A stretch of DNA of 64,000 bases from Candidatus Thalassarchaeaceae archaeon (GCA_023700245.1 JAJPRE010000004.1:24068-88067); one strand, 5' to 3'; counted from the first letter of the stretch, positions 8,298 to 18,619 are shown. Notes: generated by a model from the sequence alone, not told the origin. Translations and numbers: made by a program.

Positions 8298-10595
8298 CTA
8301 AGGTTCTAAATTTGAATCCGTCGCATTTTTCATTTGATATATTCTATCTCTAATTGTAGCTGCTCTTTCAAAATCTAATCTTTCAGCAGCCTGTTTCATC
8401 TCTCCCTTTAATTTTTTAATTATTTTTTCTAGCTCTTCATTTTTTGAATCATCAAAATTACTAATCTCTTCATCAATCCAATTAGGTTGAGATATATTAT
8501 CAACTAATGAATTATTACTACTCCATGCACCTACTCCTAAGTCAAATTTATTAGTAAGTGCCTTAATTCCCTTCTTTGGAATTTTCCCAACTAATTTCCT
8601 ACCTCCTTTTTCACCTTTACCTGCTACTCCTGCCATTAAGTCTTCAATTTCTAATCCCATCTTTGGAATACTTTTTTTGATAGTTTTAGGAGTTATATTA
8701 TTTGCTAAATTATGTTTATTTTGCCTACTTCTTCTAGATATTGTTTGTTCAATGGAGGCCTCCATTGCAGGAGATATTGTGTCAGCATAGAGTATGACTG
8801 CCCCATCCTCATTTCTAGACGCTCTCCCGATTGTTTGAAGTAAAGCACGTTCATTCCTTAGAAAACCCTGTTTATCAGCATCAAAAATTGCTACTAATGA
8901 CACTTCAGGTATGTCCAAACCTTCTCTTAACAGATTAATTCCTACAATTACATCAATATGTCCTATTCTCAGGGCTTTAATTATTTCAGTTCTTTCTAAA
9001 GTATCAATTTCACTATGCAAGTAATGAGCTTTAACGCCCATTCTCTGAAAATATTCTGAAATCTCTTCAGCAAATTTAATCGTCAGTACTGTAACCAAAA
9101 TACGTTGATTCAATTTTATTTTTTCATTTATCATGCCTAATAAGTCCTGTACCTGACCTTCAGTTGGTCTTACTTCTATTTTAGGATCCAATAATCCAGT
9201 TGGCCTGATTTCCATTTTTACGATGCCATCAATTTCTGACAAGACTTGTTGCATAGTTCTTTTTTCTTTTGATTTTTTTATTTCTGAAGGAATGGCTCCT
9301 CCTCCGCTGCTAACATGTAACAAACCTTCTGGAACTGCCTGATTAGTAATTTCAGCTAGGTGACGTAACTCCCTCTCTCCCGGAGTTGCGCTAACATATA
9401 GCATCTGAGGAATCAGTTCTTGAAATTCTTTTATTTTTAATGGTCTATTATCATAAGCTGAAGGAAGTCTAAAGCCATGATCAATTAGATTTTTTTTCCG
9501 TGAATAATCTCCTCCATACATTCCTCCAACTTGAGGCAAACTCACATGAGATTCATCCATAATTACAAGATAGTTACTTTTTCCTCCGTGAAATTTAGTT
9601 GCATTTCTAGAAAAAAAATCTAATAAACAATAGGCACGTTGTCCTTTTTCCCTACCATCGAAATGTAAAGAATAATTTTCAACACCTTTACACGATCCTA
9701 CCTCAGATAACATCTCCAAATCAAATTTTGTACGTTGTTCTATTCTATGACTTTCCAATTCCATACTTTTGGAATCATAATATCTAATTCTTTCATCCAT
9801 TTCATCTTCTATGTCTCTCAAAGCATCATTAAATCTTTCCTCATCAGTCATATAGAATTCTCTAGGATGTATCCATGCCTCCTCAATTTCATCCAGTACT
9901 TCCCAAGATACTGCTTCACAAACTTGAATCTTTTCAATTCCTTCCCAATTGAATCTTATTCGTAACGGATCATCCCTACTAGGCATCCAAATATCTAGTA
10001 TTTCTCCCCTTAATCTAACATCCCCTTTAGTCAAATCTCCCTTTGTACGCCTATATTGAAGTCCAACCAAATCATGTACGATATTTTGAGGGTCCGATTC
10101 TTCCCCTGTACACAAACGTAAATGATTTTGCTCAAACACTTCTGGAGGATTCAAACCGTATATTATAGATACCGAACCTACAGCAATTACATCCGGCCTA
10201 GATACAAGGGAGGCAACTGTCGAAAAACGCTCTTGTTCAATTCTTTCATTCATTTGTAATTCCTTATCGATAAATAAATCTCTCCCTGGTATGTATGCTT
10301 CTGGTTGATAATAATCATAATAACTAACAAAATATTCAACTGCATTTTCAGGAAACAAATCTGACATTTCTTGCCATAATTGTCTTGCTAATGTCTTATT
10401 ATGGGATAATATTAGTGTAGGGCGTTGTAATTTTTTAATTATATTGGCCATAGCAAATGTCTTTCCAGAGCCAGTTACGCCTAGTAAAACACAACGCTCT
10501 TGACCACTTTCAATTTGCTCAACTAGTTTATCAACGGCTTGTTGTTGATCCCCAGCCGTTCCATAATCAGATTTCAAAACAAACATAATTACCAC
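8298..10595 (-). CDS. uvrB: Excinuclease ABC subunit B
   Basis: GVTGSGKT, YYDYYQPEAY, DESH, LREGLDIPEVS and a C-terminal UVR domain. Confidence 0.98.
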   Translation of the reverse strand: MVIMFVLKSDYGTAGDQQQAVDKLVEQIESGQERCVLLGVTGSGKTFAMANIIKKLQRPTLILSHNKTLARQLWQEMSDLFPENAVEYFVSYYDYYQPEAYIPGRDLFIDKELQMNERIEQERFSTVASLVSRPDVIAVGSVSIIYGLNPPEVFEQNHLRLCTGEESDPQNIVHDLVGLQYRRTKGDLTKGDVRLRGEILDIWMPSRDDPLRIRFNWEGIEKIQVCEAVSWEVLDEIEEAWIHPREFYMTDEERFNDALRDIEDEMDERIRYYDSKSMELESHRIEQRTKFDLEMLSEVGSCKGVENYSLHFDGREKGQRAYCLLDFFSRNATKFHGGKSNYLVIMDESHVSLPQVGGMYGGDYSRKKNLIDHGFRLPSAYDNRPLKIKEFQELIPQMLYVSATPGERELRHLAEITNQAVPEGLLHVSSGGGAIPSEIKKSKEKRTMQQVLSEIDGIVKMEIRPTGLLDPKIEVRPTEGQVQDLLGMINEKIKLNQRILVTVLTIKFAEEISEYFQRMGVKAHYLHSEIDTLERTEIIKALRIGHIDVIVGINLLREGLDIPEVSLVAIFDADKQGFLRNERALLQTIGRASRNEDGAVILYADTISPAMEASIEQTISRRSRQNKHNLANNITPKTIKKSIPKMGLEIEDLMAGVAGKGEKGGRKLVGKIPKKGIKALTNKFDLGVGAWSSNNSLVDNISQPNWIDEEISNFDDSKNEELEKIIKKLKGEMKQAAERLDFERAATIRDRIYQMKNATDSNLEP

Positions 10596-11495
10596 TTAAC
10601 TGATTAGTTTCAAACTTCCCAAAATTAATGAAATCAATAATAACCATCCTGTAGACATAGATACTCTGAATAATACATTTTGAAAATCATCAAATTTTTC
10701 CTGAGATAAAATTACATAAATATTTACCAATGCCATTATTCCTGCAGTTGCTATGAACCATATCTCATTTATTGGATCCGCAATAGCAAAGCAAGTAAAC
10801 CAAAGTAATGTTAACTGTACCGAAGTTCTAGTTGTTACTTTTTCATTAAATCTTGCAGGAAAAGAATATATTCCATTTTTTTTATCATTTTTAATATCCA
10901 TTTTTGCATAATTAATATCGAATACTGTAATCCATAGCATTACTCCTACTGATATGAAGAAGATCTTAGGAAACCAAAGCAATCCTGCATATCCTTCACT
11001 AATCCCAGTTATCGCGGACCATCCGTGTACGTCAGCAGCAACTGCTAACCAAGCACCCGCTGGTGCCAATGCAAGACAGATTCCTAACCATAAATGACAT
11101 AGCCAAGTAAATCGTTTTGTGTATGGATAAATAAAAAATACTAATACTGGCAACCAAGACATCATTAAAGCTACTTTATTCAACATTCCAGCACCAATTA
11201 TCAATATAAAAAAGAACATTATTGATAATATCCAAGCACCTTTTATAGATATCGATCCCGATATAAGATGACGATTTTTAGTGCGAGGATTGGATGAATC
11301 AATGTCTTTATCTATTATTCGATTTAACGTCATCGCCAAACCTCTAGCACCTATTGCTGCAAAAAATATCCACAAAATATTAGAATTTGTATCAGGAAAC
11401 TGCTCTATTGCTATGATGTAACCAATAAGAATGAAAGGTAAAGAAAATAAAGTATGCTCTATCTTAATGAAACTTAAAATATCTTTTAATTTCAT
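10596..11495 (-). CDS. ubiA: UbiA-family polyprenyltransferase (MqnP-like)
   Basis: IKIEHTLFSLPF, NRIIDKDIDSSNPRT, YPYTKRFT and FDINYA; multi-TM. Confidence 0.9.
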   Translation of the reverse strand: MKLKDILSFIKIEHTLFSLPFILIGYIIAIEQFPDTNSNILWIFFAAIGARGLAMTLNRIIDKDIDSSNPRTKNRHLISGSISIKGAWILSIMFFFILIIGAGMLNKVALMMSWLPVLVFFIYPYTKRFTWLCHLWLGICLALAPAGAWLAVAADVHGWSAITGISEGYAGLLWFPKIFFISVGVMLWITVFDINYAKMDIKNDKKNGIYSFPARFNEKVTTRTSVQLTLLWFTCFAIADPINEIWFIATAGIMALVNIYVILSQEKFDDFQNVLFRVSMSTGWLLLISLILGSLKLIS

Positions 11496-13348
11496 TAATA
11501 ACCCATCCTTTTCATCATATTCTGAACTTTTTCTAACATATCTTTGTCATGTAATGTCACAGCCGGCCATCTTCTAACAGGTAGTGGGCCATTTTTGGAT
11601 GGAATGGGCGCCGTTGCATCCCATGCCACTCTTTGTTTAGTTTTATCAAAATGAATATCTCTTCCAACATCAAACCTACAAAATAATTGCCAAAGTAATT
11701 TCCTTTTCCAATCATCTCTCTTTAGATTAATATCATCATCAGTTATGAATAACCATCTTAAATTCTTTGAAGACTCTAAATTCCAAACTTCTTCACAAAT
11801 TTTTCTTATCTTGTTCCGTTGTTTCTCTGCAGCCTCTTCGTTATATTCTTCAACATTTATTTCCGGCTTCGGCCCACCTTCAATATTGGTAGTAACTACC
11901 ATCATCGAAGGTCTCAACATTCTAACATCAATAATTCCTTCTATTGCAGATGCGGATATTGCAACCGAATTAATATTTGAATTATTTTTATCAAATTCCT
12001 CAACTTCTGAATTTTCACTTGTTGCATCTATTAGCAACTTGGTATGAATATTTTCAATTGGTGAAGCATGTTCTAATGTGTCTGCAACCATTCCTTCAAG
12101 AAATACTAAGTCATTTGGAATATTAACATTCGATTCTATCGCATCTAGAAGGCAATCTAAATCTTTAACTGGATGATTTTTATCTACTGCTATTATAGTT
12201 TTCAAAAACATCATTTGTCCTGCACCCAATAATCCAAGAGCAGTTTTTCTACTCTGTCTTGGATATCGTTGCTTGGAAGATACAATGGCAAGATTATGAA
12301 ATCCAGTTTCAAGTGGTAAGAATAAATCTATTACATCCCTATGTTGGAATTGTAATACGGGCCTAAAAGAATCTCCAATCGCTTCCCCTAAATACCCATC
12401 TTCCATTGGAGGAACTCCCACAATTGTCATTGGAATAATTGGATCTTTTCTATGAGTAATTTTAGTAACATGCATAACTGGATAATAATCTGCTAATGAA
12501 TAATGACCAAAATGGTCTCCAAATGGACCTTCAAGACGAGTCTCACCTGGAATCATGTAACCTTCAATTACAAAATCACATTCTGCAGGAACAAATAAGT
12601 CATTAGTTTTACATTTGACTATCTTTAATCTCTTTTTACCTAATAATCCAGCAAATTCATATTCTGATAAATTATCTGGCAGGGGTGAAATAGCACTAAA
12701 AATAATCTCTGGTGGCCCACCGAGGCAAATCGCAATCGGCATTTTTGCATCTTCAGATTCAGCCGCATGATCTGCACCATGCTTATGTGCTTGCCAATGT
12801 AAACCTAATTCTTTTGATCCAAAAACCTGACTTCTGTACATTCCCATATTATGTTCTCCTGTTTTAGAATCAGCAGTTATTACAAGTGGCAATGTCATAA
12901 ACGGGCCACCATCTAACGGCCATGTGGTGGGAATTGGTAATTTATTGAGGTCAGGATCATCAATAACGATTTGCTGGCAAGCAGCTTTCTTAACCCTTTT
13001 AGGGGCCATAGACATACCTTCCATTGCCAAACCCAATCCCTTCCATGGTGCCTTCAATATGCCACCAATATCAGGTTTCATTAGTGCAACCATTCTATCT
13101 CCAATCTCCTTAGGTTCTTTAACACCGAGAGCAAGATTAGTCCTCTCTCTTGTTCCAAATAGATTCATGGCTAGGGAATATTTACTGATACTGCCATCTG
13201 CCAGCCTTGGTTGATCAAATATTACTGCCGGCCCCCCATTCTTGACTAGATAATCTGCAATACAGCCTGCTTCAAACTTAACATCAACAGGATTACTAAT
13301 TCTAAGTAGATCATTTCTGGCTTCTAGTTCGCGGATGTATCTTGCCAT
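11495..13348 (-). CDS. ubiD: UbiD-family (prFMN) decarboxylase, MqnL-like (start likely ATG at 13348)
   Basis: NMGMYR, LHWQAHKHG, EGPFGDHFGHY and PPMED motifs. Confidence 0.92.
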   Translation of the reverse strand: MARYIRELEARNDLLRISNPVDVKFEAGCIADYLVKNGGPAVIFDQPRLADGSISKYSLAMNLFGTRERTNLALGVKEPKEIGDRMVALMKPDIGGILKAPWKGLGLAMEGMSMAPKRVKKAACQQIVIDDPDLNKLPIPTTWPLDGGPFMTLPLVITADSKTGEHNMGMYRSQVFGSKELGLHWQAHKHGADHAAESEDAKMPIAICLGGPPEIIFSAISPLPDNLSEYEFAGLLGKKRLKIVKCKTNDLFVPAECDFVIEGYMIPGETRLEGPFGDHFGHYSLADYYPVMHVTKITHRKDPIIPMTIVGVPPMEDGYLGEAIGDSFRPVLQFQHRDVIDLFLPLETGFHNLAIVSSKQRYPRQSRKTALGLLGAGQMMFLKTIIAVDKNHPVKDLDCLLDAIESNVNIPNDLVFLEGMVADTLEHASPIENIHTKLLIDATSENSEVEEFDKNNSNINSVAISASAIEGIIDVRMLRPSMMVVTTNIEGGPKPEINVEEYNEEAAEKQRNKIRKICEEVWNLESSKNLRWLFITDDDINLKRDDWKRKLLWQLFCRFDVGRDIHFDKTKQRVAWDATAPIPSKNGPLPVRRWPAVTLHDKDMLEKVQNMMKRMGY

Positions 13349-13456
13349 ATTACCCCACTTCATACAACGTCGAAGCACTTGGAGGATGAGAATGTTCGCT
13401 TTTTAGCGTAGACATTTGACCGAGAGATTCTTTGACATAAACTATCTCCGAGTGCT

Positions 13457-14686
13457 ATGGCTGATGGCATTAAGGCGTGTGATGTTTTGGTAATAGGTGC
13501 TGGCCCAGGCGGTGGAAATGCGGCTTTACATAGTGCTAGGGCCGGACTTTCTACAATAATTATTGAAGATCATGAAGAAATAGGGACACCTGTTCATTGC
13601 GGTGAATGTATTTCTGATGTTGCATGCGACAATCTTGATTTAGAATTGCCCAAACATGTAATCAGTAAACGAGTAAATGGTATAAGAGTAATTTTTCCTG
13701 ATGGCACAGAAAAAAAATTAACTGAAAAGGGATATGTATTAGAAAAACACCTCTTTGAGAGATGGATATGTGATGAGGCTATATCTGAAGGTGCTGCAAT
13801 ACATCTGGGACATAAATTAAATTCAATGGAAAAAATTTACAAAGAAGGTAAATTTTCTGGATGGAGATGCGACGGTAAAGGTGATAATTTCCCTATTGAA
13901 GCAAAAATTGTAATAGATGCGTCTGGTGTAGCGGGTATTTGTTCCAGATTACTTAGTTTAAATCCTAGGCCGAAGGTTATAGCTGGTATGCAATATGAGA
14001 TGTTGGAGGTTCCAACAGATGACTATCTAGACTTTTATATCTGGCCAAAATATGCTGAGAAAGGATATGTCTGGATGATTCCAAAATGTGATGGCAGGGC
14101 AAATGTAGGCCTGGTTACCGAAGACAAATCTAGGACCAAAAAAGGTCTTGATGAATTCATTGCAAATACGCATTTCAAAGACTTAGAACAAGTAGCACCT
14201 CCATGGAAAATTAAAGGTAATCCTGCTTTTGGAGGAACAATTCCTATTTCCGGACCTCATGAAAATACATATGCAGACGGACTAATGCTTGTTGGTGATG
14301 CAGCTGGATTCACATCTCCCTTATTCGAAGGTGGATCCCACCTCGCCCTAAAATCAGCAGTTTTTGCAGCCCAAATTGCGTCTAAATCCATATCTTCGGG
14401 AGATATCACTTCTTCTTCTCTGGCTGAATATCAATCATTGTGGAAAAAAGAATTCCCCCCTTATTCTAAGATTTTAAGTGGTAAATCAGCTCTATTTGAT
14501 TTATCTGATGACGATATGTCATTAATGGCTAGATGCTTCCCTGATGAAATGAGTAATATGGGGCCACATGGAAAATTAGCGGTTTGTTTCAGAATCTTAG
14601 TTCTAAGGCCTTCATTATATGCAAGAAAAATAATCCCTGCCATGTTATCTTTTGGATATTCTCGTGCAAAGCATTACGGCTGGTGA
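13457..14686 (+). CDS. Geranylgeranyl reductase family FAD oxidoreductase
   Basis: VIGAGPGG, CGECIS, YVWMIPK and VGDAAGFTSPLFEGG. Confidence 0.9.
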   Translation: MADGIKACDVLVIGAGPGGGNAALHSARAGLSTIIIEDHEEIGTPVHCGECISDVACDNLDLELPKHVISKRVNGIRVIFPDGTEKKLTEKGYVLEKHLFERWICDEAISEGAAIHLGHKLNSMEKIYKEGKFSGWRCDGKGDNFPIEAKIVIDASGVAGICSRLLSLNPRPKVIAGMQYEMLEVPTDDYLDFYIWPKYAEKGYVWMIPKCDGRANVGLVTEDKSRTKKGLDEFIANTHFKDLEQVAPPWKIKGNPAFGGTIPISGPHENTYADGLMLVGDAAGFTSPLFEGGSHLALKSAVFAAQIASKSISSGDITSSSLAEYQSLWKKEFPPYSKILSGKSALFDLSDDDMSLMARCFPDEMSNMGPHGKLAVCFRILVLRPSLYARKIIPAMLSFGYSRAKHYGW

Positions 14687-17054
14687 TGACATACTATCAT
14701 TTCTTGGGCAAATGCTGCTCATAGTCGCATTTTCTCTATCTATTTATCACATTATAAATAATAAACCAAGAAAATATACTCGTCTTAATGATATAACATT
14801 TATAATACAGTCTTCACCTTTTTGCTTACTTGTTTTTGCATTTTTAACCGATGCCGATTCTTTAAAACTGGTGGCTGAATATGGAGGTTCTGAACTTCCA
14901 GTTTTGTATCGTATTTCAGCAGTATGGGGCGGTAGGGCTGGCCCCTTACTCCTGTGGGCATCATTAATGGCAGCAGTTACTTGGATTATGTCTCAATTAA
15001 ATAATATTGATGACTTAACATTGAAGATAATGCATTTTTGGGTCACATATCTAATATTTATTTCTTGGTTATTAGATCCTTTTTCACCATATCAAGGAAT
15101 TAATGGGGAATTAAATCCATTACTTCAAACAAATCTTATGGTAATACACCCACCACTGGTATTTCTGTATTATTCTCTTTGCATGGCTACTGCGACTGTT
15201 GCCCTGGCTGGAATTATTCAAAAAAATCATAGTAGAACAATTCATGATCAATTACTTCCTTGGGCACGTTCTGCTTTTTTTATAGGGACTCTTGGAATTG
15301 GACTAGGTGGACTTTGGGCATATACTGTTTTGGACTGGGGAGGATACTGGGCGTGGGATCCAGTCGAAACTGGATCTATACTTCCATGGATGACTTTACT
15401 TTTGATAATACATGCACGTTCAAAACCAAACTCCAGTAGTGCTTATTCTATTTCTCCGGCACTGGGGATAATTACCGGAGTTTTAGCCTTACATGCTACT
15501 TTGGTGACACGTGCCAATGGAGTATGGGCATCAGTTCATGCATTTGTCGGTAATGAAGCAAGTACCTTATCTAAGGATCCATATTTGAGGATAATAGATA
15601 TTTCCGATTTTACTCCAGTAGGAATTGAAGTCATTTCATACCTTATTGCAATAATTATATTGGGGTTATTCTCAATTATTCACCTCTACAGGGAACAATC
15701 TTCTAATTTGCTTTTAGATGGAGAAAAATCATTTTTTGAGTCAAATAACTATATTTCATTAGCATTACTAATATTTTTCTTCGTGATAGGAATTGATATT
15801 GGTTCAAGTGCAATCTTGGTACTAGGTATGGTTATTTTATTTCTAATGCTTCATGAATCATCTGAAAGACCTGCGTTTCATTGGATGTTAGCAGGCATAG
15901 TTTTGATGTTATATTCTAATTGGTCATGGTCAGCAAATATTTATCAATCATTTTTAGGAATGATTCCCTTTCTTATTCCTTGGTTCTTATCGGATGTTGA
16001 AGATGATATCTCTGTCTTGGTCAAACCCTTCAAAAATACCTCTCATAGGACCCAATTAGCAAAAAATATTCCTTGGTATGGCGGTGCAACATTTCTCTTA
16101 TTGACATGGATTCTTCTAACAGTCGAGATAGAAGGTAGTAATATTTTAGCACACGAATTTTATGGTGCACCATTGATTGGTTTACTAGCAATTGGATTAA
16201 CGCTATATTCATGGGGAAATTCTGTTACATCCCGTGATGGAAATATATTATTATTTACATGTTTATTAATTTCTATAATTTTGGCATATCTTTCAGACGA
16301 CATATATCTTCCTGGAGATCCAAGCCTTAGCGTTACGCCAAGTATTTCTAGGGGCGCTTTAGGATTATTTATGTTAACTTGGCTAATTTTTGCTTTACCT
16401 CCAACATTTAAAAAATTATATTCGACATCAAGAAATATAATTTATAAATTAAATAAAGATGGTTTTAAGGGTAGAAATTTATCAAAAAGATTTAGATTAT
16501 TGGGATCCAACTTAGCACATTTTGGAATATTATTATTATTAATAGGGCATGTATTTACTACGACTCTAGTAGATAGAACAGATCCTTCCCACTTAGTTAC
16601 CTTGGTAAAAGATCAACCTATAGAGCATAGAGGCTATGATTTCATTTTTACTGATGTAGAAACAATAAATTCTAGTGATTCTCAGTATCCATTTTCTATT
16701 GGTGATGGATATATTGGAATAATAATTGATGTTATGAAAGATGGCGAAAAGATAACTCAAATATCTCCTGGTATGCTCAGATTTACAACTGGAAATTCAG
16801 TTTCTCCAAGGTCTGAGGTTGATAGATTCTCTACATTGTATGGAGATACAATTGTCATTCTTGATTTTTATCAGTCTCAAGAATTATTAGAATGGATGAC
16901 ATTTGGGCAGTCCGAAGAAGTTGATAGAGTTAGAATAACTGTACATTCTTTGCCAGGCAGCCATTTAGTATGGTCAGGTTGGGCCATAATCATGCTTGGG
17001 AGCCTTTTTTCGCTATCTTCTGGAGATATTAGGTCTTCAAAAGAAGAAGAATAG
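14652..17054 (+). CDS. ccmF: Cytochrome c biogenesis heme lyase CcmF (start may be Met at 14712)
   Basis: WGGRAG, LNPLLQ, IHPP, WAYTVLDWGGYWAWDPVET and HAF, plus the C-terminal soluble CcmF domain. Confidence 0.93.
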   Translation: MDILVQSITAGDDILSFLGQMLLIVAFSLSIYHIINNKPRKYTRLNDITFIIQSSPFCLLVFAFLTDADSLKLVAEYGGSELPVLYRISAVWGGRAGPLLLWASLMAAVTWIMSQLNNIDDLTLKIMHFWVTYLIFISWLLDPFSPYQGINGELNPLLQTNLMVIHPPLVFLYYSLCMATATVALAGIIQKNHSRTIHDQLLPWARSAFFIGTLGIGLGGLWAYTVLDWGGYWAWDPVETGSILPWMTLLLIIHARSKPNSSSAYSISPALGIITGVLALHATLVTRANGVWASVHAFVGNEASTLSKDPYLRIIDISDFTPVGIEVISYLIAIIILGLFSIIHLYREQSSNLLLDGEKSFFESNNYISLALLIFFFVIGIDIGSSAILVLGMVILFLMLHESSERPAFHWMLAGIVLMLYSNWSWSANIYQSFLGMIPFLIPWFLSDVEDDISVLVKPFKNTSHRTQLAKNIPWYGGATFLLLTWILLTVEIEGSNILAHEFYGAPLIGLLAIGLTLYSWGNSVTSRDGNILLFTCLLISIILAYLSDDIYLPGDPSLSVTPSISRGALGLFMLTWLIFALPPTFKKLYSTSRNIIYKLNKDGFKGRNLSKRFRLLGSNLAHFGILLLLIGHVFTTTLVDRTDPSHLVTLVKDQPIEHRGYDFIFTDVETINSSDSQYPFSIGDGYIGIIIDVMKDGEKITQISPGMLRFTTGNSVSPRSEVDRFSTLYGDTIVILDFYQSQELLEWMTFGQSEEVDRVRITVHSLPGSHLVWSGWAIIMLGSLFSLSSGDIRSSKEEE

Positions 17055-17086
17055 TTAGATTTATTTTTACATTTTAAACCGTTTGA

Positions 17087-17830
17087 ATGAAAAAGGGTGA
17101 GCAAGTCGCCGGGTTGTCCGTGGAGGCTAATAGAATGGAAGAAGGCTCAATTATTCACATTGATTATGATCTATTTAACGCAAGTACCGAGAAGCTCATT
17201 GAGACTACTCGGGAAGATGTAGCAAAAGAACACGAGGTATTTGATGAAAATCGTACCTATGCTCCTATGATATCAATAGTAGGCTCGGGAAGACTCATCA
17301 AAGGGTTTGAACTACATTTGGCTGATGCAGAAGTGGAAACAGATTATAATTTTGACATCGATGCATCTGATGCATATGGCGAAAGAGACCAAAGTCTAAT
17401 AGAAACTATTTCTCAAAACGTTTTACTAAAGAGTGTTAAAGATACAAATACGCTACATATTGGTGGACCTGTAGAGATTGGCGGAAGAACTGGGATTCTA
17501 CAATTCTTGAGTGCAGGGAGGGCAAGAATAGATTATAATCACCCATTAGCTGGAGTAACTCTTAGGTATAAATACAATATAGTAAAGGTTGTAGAAGACC
17601 GTAAAGAACGTGTTGAAACATTATTGAAGATGAATACTGGTCGTGAAGATTTTGAGGTTGAATTCGATGGTGATGATATGACAGTAACATTACCAGAAGA
17701 AATCTCCTATGATCAAAATTGGCCATATGCAAAATTTTCTTTAGTTCAGACAATAAGGGAAAACCTTGGAGTGGGAATTGTAGTTTTCCGTGAAGTACAC
17801 AAACCTCGTGTAATTGAAGAAGAAGAATAA
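17087..17830 (+). CDS. slyD: FKBP-type peptidyl-prolyl isomerase (archaeal long type)
   Basis: IDY...IETT...GRLIKGF...AYG.R...IDYNHPLAG motifs. Confidence 0.93.
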   Translation: MKKGEQVAGLSVEANRMEEGSIIHIDYDLFNASTEKLIETTREDVAKEHEVFDENRTYAPMISIVGSGRLIKGFELHLADAEVETDYNFDIDASDAYGERDQSLIETISQNVLLKSVKDTNTLHIGGPVEIGGRTGILQFLSAGRARIDYNHPLAGVTLRYKYNIVKVVEDRKERVETLLKMNTGREDFEVEFDGDDMTVTLPEEISYDQNWPYAKFSLVQTIRENLGVGIVVFREVHKPRVIEEEE

Positions 17831-17884
17831 TTTTCTTATAATTAACATTCGTAGGTTTAATGTCACATGACTTCTTAGCAAGAG

Positions 17885-17956
17885 ATGCCTCAATGACGAC
17901 AAAAGGGTTTACTGAGCCGAAAGGCATTGACGTTCCCTATGAGTACCGAGAGGCAT
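17885..17956 (+). ncRNA. Box C/D guide sRNA, probable guide for Cm34 of pre-tRNA-Met
   Basis: Terminal stem AUGCCUC/GAGGCAU. Box C AUGACGA at 17893-17899, a 12-nt guide, box D' CUGA at 17912-17915, GCC-GAAA-GGC stem, box C' UUGACGU at 17927-17933, a 12-nt guide, box D CCGA at 17946-17949. Confidence 0.8.
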
Positions 17957-17998
17957 TCAATAAATGGATTCAAGTTATGCTACTCTTTCCGCATAGTT

Positions 17999-18619
17999 AT
18001 GGGAGATGCTAATGCACTACGTCCACTTATGGCAATTATGTGTATTTGTTTGTTAACTAGCGGATGTCTTGGCTTAGCAATGCAAAGAGAAATAATGGAA
18101 GGTATGCGTGATCCTGTTATAACTATAGAGAAGTCTGATAGATTTGGTTGGGATTATACATTTGATTCTTCATCGGACTTAAATGCAATTTTGTACTCTA
18201 ATGAAACTCCTATTATTTTTGATGAAACAGTTTCAAAATTAGTCATTGAGTTTCGTGCCCAATTTCCTTACTCTTCTACAATTGAAGAAGCCGTCGGAAA
18301 CGAAACAAATGAATATAGATATGTAGAAGTAAGGCTATGGCAACCTGGTCAAAAATCTGCTGGAGGGAATCCATTTTGGGAAGTGAAGGCCACTCAAGAT
18401 TACTCTTTAGAAAGATTTACATTTGGTAAAAGTGATTTAATATCAGGTGAATGGAGTTTTGAAGTCGAAGCCCGAGGTTATGGAATTACTGCCCCTATAG
18501 ATCAACTATCTTTCCATGATCATTTCGAAGTATATGCAACAATTACGAAGCCATGTGTACAATTCCCCGAAACTCAAGAGGGTTTAGAGTGCACATTTAT
18601 CTCTGAATTAGAAGAATAA
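17999..18619 (+). CDS. Hypothetical lipoprotein (start at ATG 17999; the track's TTG at 17927 lies inside the sRNA)
   Basis: Signal peptide LMAIMCICLLTSGC followed by a beta-rich acidic domain. Confidence 0.75.
   Translation: MGDANALRPLMAIMCICLLTSGCLGLAMQREIMEGMRDPVITIEKSDRFGWDYTFDSSSDLNAILYSNETPIIFDETVSKLVIEFRAQFPYSSTIEEAVGNETNEYRYVEVRLWQPGQKSAGGNPFWEVKATQDYSLERFTFGKSDLISGEWSFEVEARGYGITAPIDQLSFHDHFEVYATITKPCVQFPETQEGLECTFISELEE

Noticed and set aside
17868-17890. Possible in-frame UGA read-through (FCRH*GISC) on the minus strand
   Set aside because: No start or homology support, no SECIS, and it is antisense to the C/D RNA.
17860-18012. 50-aa ORF MSHDFLARD... and hammerhead-like CTGA-GCCGAAAGGC
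   Set aside because: There is no CUGANGA/GAAA hammerhead core, and the box C/D architecture explains the sequence better than a small ORF.
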